Assembly (NCBI GenBank): GCA_964519305.1
Contig: CAZFHY010000016.1
Coordinates: 42,592 to 106,591, forward strand
Length of the DNA stretch: 64,000 nt
Source of the DNA: Candidatus Undinarchaeota archaeon
Lineage (GTDB): Archaea; SpSt-1190; JASMDC01
Reading direction: 5' to 3'
Shown here piece by piece: positions 56,663 to 64,000 of this stretch. The position numbers and the translations under genes are program-made. The notes under the pieces were generated by a model. That model was not told the DNA's origin, made no database searches, and was given only the letters and a program-made list of their open reading frames with translations. The number at the start of each line of letters is the position of its first letter. The stretch's first letter is position 1.

Positions 56663-58003
56663 CTACAGTCCCTTCATTGCCCGCTCCATGTCGTCCACAG
56701 GATTGACCTTGACGGGTCCGGCGACCTCTTTGGTCGTTGAGAGCTGCTTCTGACCGATACCTGTGAACGTGAGCAGCACGCTATCGCCCTTGTCCACGGT
56801 CCCGTCGTCGATGGCACGACGCAGGCCTGCGAGGCCGGACGTGCCGGTCGGTGAGGCGAAGTGGCCAGTGGCCCGGGCGCCCAGCCGCCAGGCGTCCATG
56901 AGCTCGTCCTCGCACACGATCAGGGCCTTCCCGCCGGTGCGGTACATCCCCGCGATGAGCTCGGCGCCCTCGTAGGTCTCTACGTCCAGGATGCCGTGGG
57001 CCACGCTCTCGGGCTCTTCCTTGGCCTCCCAGGGCTTGAGGTACTTCTCGCGGTGGTCGCACACCATGCACGTCACGTCCTTGATGGTCTTCGGAGCGGT
57101 CTCCATCACACGCTGGTAGGCGAGACGGAGCGGGTAGCAGGCCTCGGTCTGGACCGTGTGGAACGCGGGCACCGACTCCTTCGGGAGCAGGCCCAGCGCG
57201 ATCGCGTCGTCGTAGGCGTTGAGGAACGCGTTTGCCAACAGACCGCCGCCCACCTGGACGAAGGCGTGGTCGAACCCGCGCCAGCCGGACTGCTCCATGG
57301 CCTCGAGGAACATCACCTTACCACCCTCCGCGACACCGAAGTTGTCGGGTCCCGCGCATGCGAGCGGGACGGCGCCCCGGCGGACGGCCTCCTTGAACAT
57401 GTAGTAGGACGGGTCCCCGGCGACCCGCTCGTCCCAGGAGACGCTGTACACTTCCGACCCCCGCATGGTCAGCGGTGCGGTGCGTTCCTGGTCGGCCGAG
57501 CCCAGGAGGAACACCTTGATGGGCAGGCCGAAGAGGTTGGCCACGTACGACGCTGCATCGCCGGCGTTGCCGCAGGAGTAGTTGGCGAACACGATGGGCC
57601 TGGTGTCGCCGTTGCGTCGGCGGACCTGGGCCGTGTAGTTGGCGGCCGGGACGAGGTGATAGGGTTTGTGTGAGCCCGTCACGTAGTACATGGGGTACTT
57701 GATGAACACCTCGACGCCAAGCTGCTGGGAGAGCTTCTTTGCGTGCTCGAACGGTGTGGGGCCGAAGTTAGGGGCCACCAACGGCTCGTCGGGGAACACG
57801 GGCATGAGCTCTTTGTACACCTGGAACGAGTCGGTCGAGTGATGGCGCCGCCGGTCGATGATGTCGCGGGTGAGGGCGATGCGCTCGTAGTCGAAGGCGC
57901 AGCGCAGCTTCTCGCTGTTGTCACCGGTGTACCGCTCGGAGGTGGCGGGGTAGCGTTCGCCGGTGCGTGTGTTCTCGATGGTGAAGAGGGCGTCCTCGGC
58001 CAT
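56663..58003 (-). CDS. threonine synthase-like PLP-dependent enzyme (fold type II)
   Basis: GPTPF, TGSHK (PLP Lys), SCGNA, QVGGGLL, TFTG. Confidence 0.8.
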   Translation of the reverse strand: MAEDALFTIENTRTGERYPATSERYTGDNSEKLRCAFDYERIALTRDIIDRRRHHSTDSFQVYKELMPVFPDEPLVAPNFGPTPFEHAKKLSQQLGVEVFIKYPMYYVTGSHKPYHLVPAANYTAQVRRRNGDTRPIVFANYSCGNAGDAASYVANLFGLPIKVFLLGSADQERTAPLTMRGSEVYSVSWDERVAGDPSYYMFKEAVRRGAVPLACAGPDNFGVAEGGKVMFLEAMEQSGWRGFDHAFVQVGGGLLANAFLNAYDDAIALGLLPKESVPAFHTVQTEACYPLRLAYQRVMETAPKTIKDVTCMVCDHREKYLKPWEAKEEPESVAHGILDVETYEGAELIAGMYRTGGKALIVCEDELMDAWRLGARATGHFASPTGTSGLAGLRRAIDDGTVDKGDSVLLTFTGIGQKQLSTTKEVAGPVKVNPVDDMERAMKGL

Positions 58004-58157
58004 GGCGTTCTCCACCAATGCCGCTTTTTTTATTCCTGACGGAGAGGATGGCCGGAGGCGTCACCACTCGGCGATGACGTGCGAACGGAAGGTTTATATA
58101 CGGCCTGAGGTGCTCCGTTTTACCGGCGAGAGTACCGTGGTATACCATCTCGAGACC

Positions 58158-59891
58158 ATGGAATTAACCCTGGACAAACTCGACTGGGCAGAGGACCTGC
58201 ACGTCGACCAGAGTTATATCGACCTCATGCGGGCCAGCGGAGGGCAATCCTCGGACGTGCACTTCCACGTCGTGTACAAGAACGACGGGCCCAGGTCGGA
58301 TCCGGAGGTGATCGGGTACCTCACCACCCTCAGCGACAAGGAAGGTAAGGAGTCGCTGAGCCTCTATCGCGGTGCCGAGGGCACCGAGGAGTACGGCAAG
58401 ACCGGCTCCCGCATCTCCGTCGTGGACGGGGACAAGGTGTTCCTCTACGACCGTGGAGAGAGTACCAATCCAGTTTCATCTTTCAAGACCGGTTCAGGTT
58501 CTGTTTACCTGCCGGATCCCTCCGCCGAGCTGGCGGGGGAGCTCTACCAGATCGATCACGAGGAGAAGGACACCACCCGGACACTGAGCCAGGAGCTCAG
58601 TGAGCTGGGTGCCGACGCGGGCTACCGGGACGCCCTCGCGTCGTTCTACGGCATCGAGGGCGATACCGCCCTCATGCGTCTGGACAAGGAAAAGGGCAAG
58701 CTGTTCGACTGCTGGCCCGAGTACATGGACCTGATGAAGAACGACAAGGAGTACCGGATGCTCAACATGGGCAACTACGTCGGCGGGTTCGCCGAGGGCG
58801 TGCTGGAGGGCGGGCTCACAGGTCTCATCTTCGAGCAGGGTGCTCTCTACAAGATGGCCGGGTTCACCGGTATCATGGCCAAGTTCTCGCCCAAGGTCCT
58901 GAAAATGATCTCCGCTCCTATCTGGGGCAAGAAGGTGGACGACGCCTCCGAAGGGACCGAGTCCCTGGAGAAGCTGCGGAAGGTGGAGCGGTACCGCGAG
59001 GCGCTGTTCTCCAACGCTCACGCCGCAGCGCTCGTGGCCATCCAGCCGCAGATCCTAGGCCCGATAGCCAGTGTCACGCCCGGAGGGGCAGCAGTAGCCT
59101 TCGGCGGTATATTCCTCGCAGAAGAGCTCACCGGCGGTATCAAGGACGCTGGCGGTCACAAGACCTCAGTAGCCATCCGCCGCGAGATCCTCTCCAAGTA
59201 CGAGGATCAGGGCTACGACAAGAGGCTCTTCGAGCTCATCGGCCTGGAGGAGGCCATCGAGGGCGGCGTCCACATGGCCGGCTTCGGCGTGGGGCTCGCA
59301 GCCTCCATCATGGCCAAGGGGACCGTGTTCCCGTTATCGCTCGCTGCCATGGGCATGTACTTCGTGGGCAAGACCATGTGGACCTGCTACTCGCACAAGT
59401 CTGACACGCGGCTCGATATAATGTCGGAGGAGTTCATCCACACCGCCGACGGGCTCAAGTTCGACAACGGCTACGTCCTCGACTTCGCCTCCTACAGTAC
59501 CGAAGAGGGCTTCGCGCCCATGGACAAGGAGGTGCGCATCGGTCACCAGCCTGAGCTGGGAGGCTCGTACGCCACCCTCGACGGTATCGAGGGCGACTGG
59601 GGCGTCATCATCAAGGAGCCCGAGACCGTGACCGACGAAGGTATCCGGTACAAGGAGAAGTTCTGGAACAAGAGCTTCATGCCCAAGCTCACCGGGAACC
59701 GCACCGTCAAGGAGAAGTGGGACATAAACAAGGACATCCTCATCTCCCGGGCCGGTGGCGCGGACGACCTCGGCTACATGGAGATGGACGACGGGACCGT
59801 GGTGTTCGGCACCGAGGGCTTCCGCAAGGCAGTCGAGGAGAAGGGCGTGCCCACCTACCGGGAGCAGCTCGAGGAAGAACTGGCCAAGTAG
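58158..59891 (+). CDS. hypothetical protein with a central hydrophobic Gly/Ala-rich region
   Basis: GC3-rich ORF; TTTATATA box at ~58093. Confidence 0.8.
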   Translation: MELTLDKLDWAEDLHVDQSYIDLMRASGGQSSDVHFHVVYKNDGPRSDPEVIGYLTTLSDKEGKESLSLYRGAEGTEEYGKTGSRISVVDGDKVFLYDRGESTNPVSSFKTGSGSVYLPDPSAELAGELYQIDHEEKDTTRTLSQELSELGADAGYRDALASFYGIEGDTALMRLDKEKGKLFDCWPEYMDLMKNDKEYRMLNMGNYVGGFAEGVLEGGLTGLIFEQGALYKMAGFTGIMAKFSPKVLKMISAPIWGKKVDDASEGTESLEKLRKVERYREALFSNAHAAALVAIQPQILGPIASVTPGGAAVAFGGIFLAEELTGGIKDAGGHKTSVAIRREILSKYEDQGYDKRLFELIGLEEAIEGGVHMAGFGVGLAASIMAKGTVFPLSLAAMGMYFVGKTMWTCYSHKSDTRLDIMSEEFIHTADGLKFDNGYVLDFASYSTEEGFAPMDKEVRIGHQPELGGSYATLDGIEGDWGVIIKEPETVTDEGIRYKEKFWNKSFMPKLTGNRTVKEKWDINKDILISRAGGADDLGYMEMDDGTVVFGTEGFRKAVEEKGVPTYREQLEEELAK

Positions 59892-59949
59892 CATCCACGA
59901 ACGCTCGCGCTAGTGCAGAAATCCTTAATCCAATACGAAGAGCGTCGCG

Positions 59950-61257
59950 CTACTGGTCGGGGACCATGTCCATGACGTCGCGGTGCCCGTAGCTGAAATC
60001 GAACGACCTACCTGAGCAGTATCCGAGCTTGCCGTCGATATGCTCGATGCGACCGAGGTCGTCGAAGGCGAACTTGAACGAGCTAGCTGAGCAGTATCCG
60101 AGCTTGCCCTGCATCTCTACGGTCCCGTCCTGCTCGTCGTAGTCGAACGTGAACTTGCTACCGCTGCAGTAACCGAGCTTGCCCTGCACTTCAACGACCC
60201 GGTCCTTGTCGTCGTGTGTGAGCTCGAACCCGTTGCCTGAGCAGTATCCGAGCTTGCCCTTGAGACCAGCGACCCGGCCGTCCGCGTCCTGCTCGAACTT
60301 GAACGAACTGCCCGAACAGTATCCGATCTTGCCCTTGAGCTCGTTGGGCATCCGCTCGTCACCGTCGTACGTGAACTTGAACGAGCTGCCTGAGCAGTAT
60401 CCGAGCTTGCCCTTCAGCTCAACGAGCCTATCCTGGTCGTCGTACTTGAACTTGAACCTGTTCCCGCTGCAGTAACCGAGCTTGCCCCGCAGCTCCACGA
60501 GCCGGTCCTCGTCGTCGTAGTGGAACGTGAACTTGTTATCGCTGCAGTAGGCGAGCTTGCCCTTGAGCTTGGCGAGCTTGCCCTTCTCGTTGTACTTGAA
60601 CGTGAACCTGCTACTGCTACAGTAGCCGAGCTTGCCATCGAGTGTGGCCATGAAGCCTTCAGGGAGCTCGTCGGCGCCCTTCTGGGTGAGACGTACATGA
60701 TCTTCGCCCAGCGGTAGCCAGCCCTTGTGCTGGAAGGACAGGGACTCGATCTTGCTGTCGACGATGTGGTACGCGGAGTCGAGCTCCTCGACGGCCGCCT
60801 GCTTGGCGTTGCTGAGCGACTCGAGCGTAGTATGCGAGCTTTCCAGTGCCGTGTACTGGTCAGCGAAGAGCTCCTTGACGAGGGGGATGTGGTGGCGCCA
60901 GCGGGACATATCGTGCTCGACACCGCTCAGTTCGGCCGCAGCATCGTCGTACTCGGCCTGTGCTGTACTCCGCCTTCCCTCGAGGCGTTCGGCCTCGGCC
61001 TTCTGGGTGGCCAGATCGGTAGTGAGCTCCTGATAGCTGTCGGCGGACATGTTCTCTGCGAAACCCTCATCGATGAGGTGCTTCATGGTCGCAGTGTCAA
61101 CATCGTCACGGGCGCCGGTGAGATAGCGGAGCGACTCGAGCTCCTCTTCGGAAAGACCTGAGCCCTCCTTGTAGGTGGCAAGACCGAAGAGGTCGGTGAT
61201 GACACCGAAGAGCAGGAGGTTCTTTCCCGGTGAGGAGTTCTCGCCGTCGTCGTTCAT
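59950..61257 (-). CDS. coiled-coil plus tandem 25-aa GKLGYCS repeat protein
   Basis: Nine repeats of hxGKLGYCSxxxFxFxYDxxxRhxx in the C-terminal half; TTTTATA box upstream. Confidence 0.85.
   Translation of the reverse strand: MNDDGENSSPGKNLLLFGVITDLFGLATYKEGSGLSEEELESLRYLTGARDDVDTATMKHLIDEGFAENMSADSYQELTTDLATQKAEAERLEGRRSTAQAEYDDAAAELSGVEHDMSRWRHHIPLVKELFADQYTALESSHTTLESLSNAKQAAVEELDSAYHIVDSKIESLSFQHKGWLPLGEDHVRLTQKGADELPEGFMATLDGKLGYCSSSRFTFKYNEKGKLAKLKGKLAYCSDNKFTFHYDDEDRLVELRGKLGYCSGNRFKFKYDDQDRLVELKGKLGYCSGSSFKFTYDGDERMPNELKGKIGYCSGSSFKFEQDADGRVAGLKGKLGYCSGNGFELTHDDKDRVVEVQGKLGYCSGSKFTFDYDEQDGTVEMQGKLGYCSASSFKFAFDDLGRIEHIDGKLGYCSGRSFDFSYGHRDVMDMVPDQ
59985..60645 (-). repeat. ~75-bp coding tandem repeat x9
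   Basis: Recurrent gcagta(t/a)ccgagcttgcc at ~75-bp period. Confidence 0.85.
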
Positions 61258-61366
61258 GAGAATCGTCGGCCCGGGAGCCGGTATATAAAACTAACGGATG
61301 GAACCCGGCCGCAGGTGGACAAATGGTTATAAACGGGCGCCCCTGCCCCCAGCCACAACAGAGAGG

Positions 61367-61870
61367 ATGATGATCATGGAAGAGCTCGAAGAGATCCACT
61401 ATGCACATATCACCTACGACGTCCACTCCGACATCGTGCACGTCGTCCGCGAGATCGGAGGCGATTACCGGCAGGTCATCGACTTCCCACAGCGCGGGGA
61501 GGAGAGCGGGTTCGGAGAGTACCTCGAGGACCTGGCCGACGCCTCCGGGGCTGAGATCGATGTGGACCACTACCATGACCAGTGGGGTGCGAGCCGTCTC
61601 ACCGGAGAAGGTGAGAAGGAAGGGTACACGATAGATCTCAAGGGCACGCACGACCAGATCAAGGAGTTCGTGGAGTCGGTCGGCCTGGACGGCTACGGTA
61701 TGCCTTCCGACGCGGCCATCATCGCTAACTGGTGGCACCCGGTCAGGAGCTTCCGCGGGTTCGGTGATGTCATGCACGGTATCATCAGCCTCAAGGCCGA
61801 GATCGATGAGTATACCAAGGATGAGGTCCTCGAGGACGGCACCCGCGTGCGCACGGTCACCTATGAGTAG
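61367..61870 (+). CDS. hypothetical acidic protein
   Basis: TTATAAA box at ~61327, GAGAGG RBS. Confidence 0.75.
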   Translation: MMIMEELEEIHYAHITYDVHSDIVHVVREIGGDYRQVIDFPQRGEESGFGEYLEDLADASGAEIDVDHYHDQWGASRLTGEGEKEGYTIDLKGTHDQIKEFVESVGLDGYGMPSDAAIIANWWHPVRSFRGFGDVMHGIISLKAEIDEYTKDEVLEDGTRVRTVTYE

Positions 61871-61928
61871 GCCTCTGGTGATGGGACGACCGTCAATATT
61901 ACCTTTGATGTCGAACGCTAACGGGCCC

Positions 61929-62576
61929 ATGTCGAAAGACAGTCCGTTCACCACGGAAAGGGGCGGTGTCGACTGCCCCTACGAGGTGTTCCTGAAGCCT
62001 CACGAGACCGCCCGCATCCTTCCAGAGGCGCTCCCCGAGCGGACATCCCTTCGGGCGGACCTGGAACGGGCGATGGTCTATGTGAATGGCCGTATCACCT
62101 ATGTGAGCGACCTCGACAATTTCGGGAAGAAGGATTACTGGCAGTACCCCCGCGAGACCCTCGAGTCGGGGAAGGGCGACTGTGAGGACATGGCCCTACT
62201 GCTCGCCTCGCTCCTGATGGAGGCGGGGATCGACGACGTCCGGGTAGTTGTCGGTAACTACGAGCATGAACCGCATGCCTGGGTAGAGGTCAGGGGCAGA
62301 AGGGCGACATACATCCTCGACAGTGCCTTTGGTAAGATGTACACGGCACCCATGGGCAGCTACGTCCCCCACTGCTACGTCGATATGGAGGGCAGTACCA
62401 GCGCGTTCAGGAAGATGAAGGTCGTGAAGATCAATCCGAACGTCGCCCGGGCGTTCCTGATGCTACTTATCGCTCTAGGTATATGGATTTTCATCCAGGG
62501 CTCGTTCTTCAATGGCTTCATACTCATCGGTTTCTCGTCCCTCGTCCTGTACCAGCTCGGGACGGCAACAGAGTAG
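61929..62576 (+). CDS. transglutaminase-like cysteine peptidase with C-terminal TM helices
   Basis: YVSD...DYWQYPRETL...GDCEDMA, HAWV, ILD triad. Confidence 0.85.
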   Translation: MSKDSPFTTERGGVDCPYEVFLKPHETARILPEALPERTSLRADLERAMVYVNGRITYVSDLDNFGKKDYWQYPRETLESGKGDCEDMALLLASLLMEAGIDDVRVVVGNYEHEPHAWVEVRGRRATYILDSAFGKMYTAPMGSYVPHCYVDMEGSTSAFRKMKVVKINPNVARAFLMLLIALGIWIFIQGSFFNGFILIGFSSLVLYQLGTATE

Positions 62577-62583
62577 AACGGAC

Positions 62584-62955
62584 CTACATGTCAAGTATCC
62601 GGGAGATGGTCTCGACGAGGACGGCGGGCTTGACCGGTTTCTCCAGGAACTCAACGGCCGCCGCGTTCTGCTTCTTGCTTGACTGGATCGCCTTGTCGAG
62701 GTAGTACTTGACGTTGATGCCCGTGTCCTCCGACGCAGCGCTGGCGAAAACGATAGGTATGTCCTTGTACGAACGATGACGTCGCATCTCGTTGAACACC
62801 TTGAGCCCACCCTTCTTGGGCATCATCAGGTCCAGGATGACGAGGTCCGGCGTCTCCTTCCCGAGGATCTTGAGGCCGGCCTGGCCGTCCTCGGCCATGA
62901 CGACATCCACATCGAGCTTCTTGAGCACCGCCTTGAGAAGTGTCTTATCGTCCAT
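62584..62955 (-). CDS. single-domain response regulator (REC), lacking the first beta-strand
   Basis: PDLVILDLMMPKKGG, IPIVFASA, FLEKPV. Confidence 0.85.
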   Translation of the reverse strand: MDDKTLLKAVLKKLDVDVVMAEDGQAGLKILGKETPDLVILDLMMPKKGGLKVFNEMRRHRSYKDIPIVFASAASEDTGINVKYYLDKAIQSSKKQNAAAVEFLEKPVKPAVLVETISRILDM

Positions 62956-63011
62956 GACCCGTCCTTCCCGGCACTAGTAATAAAAATACATCTCCCTGCC
63001 CCGGACCGCCC

Positions 63012-63152
63012 TCATGGTGCAGTGACTGCCTTGTCCATGAACTTCGTCTTGAACGCCTCGTACAGGTCCGGGAAGTATTCCACAGCGACGTAGATGACCG
63101 CGGTCAGGAACGCGATGATGATGAGCTTCTTGATCAATCCTCCGAGGCCCAT
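63012..63152 (-). CDS. 46-aa single-TM protein (below the ORF-track cutoff)
   Basis: MGLGGLIKKLIIIAFLTAVIYVAVEYFPDLYEAFKTKFMDKAVTAP; host-like codons. Confidence 0.65.
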   Translation of the reverse strand: MGLGGLIKKLIIIAFLTAVIYVAVEYFPDLYEAFKTKFMDKAVTAP

Positions 63153-63193
63153 GGATAGAGGTTACGTGCGCTGATCGGTTATGAAGCTTACCG

Positions 63194-64000
63194 TTACCGG
63201 GCGTGCTTGCGGTTGTTCTTCTGGATCTCTCGTGACAGCTTGCTGACCTTCTTCCAGAACGGATTGCGCTTGTTACTGAACCGTTTCTCGGACTTGGTGA
63301 TGTTGTGGTCGATCTCCTTCTTCAGCTTGTGATAGCTGTCGAGCCGCTCCTGCGGGACCGTACCTTCTTCCACCGCCGCAAGGACCGTGCACCCCGGTTC
63401 TGACGTGTGCGTGCAGTCCCTGAACCTGCATCCTTCAGCCAGCATGTCTATGTCCGGGAACGCGCTCCTCAGGCCTTCTCCCGTGCACAGGAGCTGCACT
63501 TCACGCAGACCTGGTGTGTCGATGACGATCGCACCGTTGGGCAGGAGCATGAGGTTCTTGGACGTCGTCGTGTGTCGCCCCCTACCGTCATGGTCGCTCA
63601 CCGATGATGTCCGTATCCGGTCCTCGCCCAGCAGGCGGTTGATGATGGTCGATTTACCAACGCCAGATGATCCCAGGAGTACGTATGTCCTTCCAGGGAC
63701 GAACAGCTCTCTGATAGGATCGATACCGCTGTCGTCCAGTGCGCTTATCGCGAACACCAGGACATCTCCGAACAGGTCCCTGATGCTGGCGAGCACACCC
63801 TCGAGGTCCTTGCACAGGTCCGCCTTGTTCAGGACGATGACGAAGACGGCCCCGCTCTCACTTGCCAGGGTGACATATCGCTCGATCCTCCGGATGTTGA
63901 AGTCCTGGTCGAGGCCGTTCACTATGAGGATAGTGTCGATATTGGCCGCGATTACCTGTTGATCTGATCTTTTTCCTGCGACTTTCCTTGAGAACGTACT
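63194..64000 (-). CDS. rsgA: ribosome small subunit-dependent GTPase A (5' end beyond the window)
   Basis: QVIAANID, RRIERY, LNKADL, GSSGVGKST, GRGRHTTT, IDTPGLRE, CRFRDCTHTSEPGC. Confidence 0.95.
   Translation of the reverse strand, partial: STFSRKVAGKRSDQQVIAANIDTILIVNGLDQDFNIRRIERYVTLASESGAVFVIVLNKADLCKDLEGVLASIRDLFGDVLVFAISALDDSGIDPIRELFVPGRTYVLLGSSGVGKSTIINRLLGEDRIRTSSVSDHDGRGRHTTTSKNLMLLPNGAIVIDTPGLREVQLLCTGEGLRSAFPDIDMLAEGCRFRDCTHTSEPGCTVLAAVEEGTVPQERLDSYHKLKKEIDHNITKSEKRFSNKRNPFWKKVSKLSREIQKNNRKHAR

Noticed and set aside
59985-60645. Regularly spaced ~20-bp repeats as a CRISPR array
   Set aside because: In-frame coding repeats whose intervening sequences are also homologous.
62920-62955. 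MDDKTLLKAVL start resembling the PPAN-family leader
   Set aside because: No hydrophobic helix or PPxN follows; it is explained as the DD pair and helix 1 of a REC domain.

Overview
GC-rich archaeal chromosome segment. Evidence: TFE, CDC48/VAT, ApgM, a FAU-1-like gene, an S-layer-type domain, and TATA-like boxes ~25 bp before many start codons. A DPANN-type lineage is plausible but not provable here. No rRNA, tRNA, CRISPR array or transposase was recognised. Layout: (1) 0.7-11.5 kb, a possible lipid/glycoconjugate-modifying cluster with a Tes/GDGT-MAS-like radical SAM, two B12-type radical SAMs, a NodU/CmcH carbamoyltransferase, a GT-C glycosyltransferase, a squalene/phytoene-synthase-like protein and a PHP hydrolase; (2) 11.5-22.4 kb, housekeeping genes; (3) 22.4-41.7 kb, an accessory region; (4) 41.7-64 kb, a coiled-coil protein, a TIM-barrel protein, a leuCDB-like operon, pgi, CNNM, a PLP enzyme, a repeat protein and a bacterial-type rsgA. 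The main finding is a dispersed family of eight genes sharing an N-terminal leader: M[ND]D[RK][TS]L-hydrophobic helix-N-linker-PP[A/S/L]N (two members have divergent starts). It is fused to unrelated cargo: two Hcp (T6SS tube) domains, a third probable tube-like protein, three small helical proteins and two Cys-rich miniproteins. In the tandem copies, the promoter+leader DNA is duplicated and homology stops at the PPAN(S) codons. This suggests a modular export/surface-display system built around membrane-targeted Hcp. All family assignments come from motif recognition by eye, not database searches.
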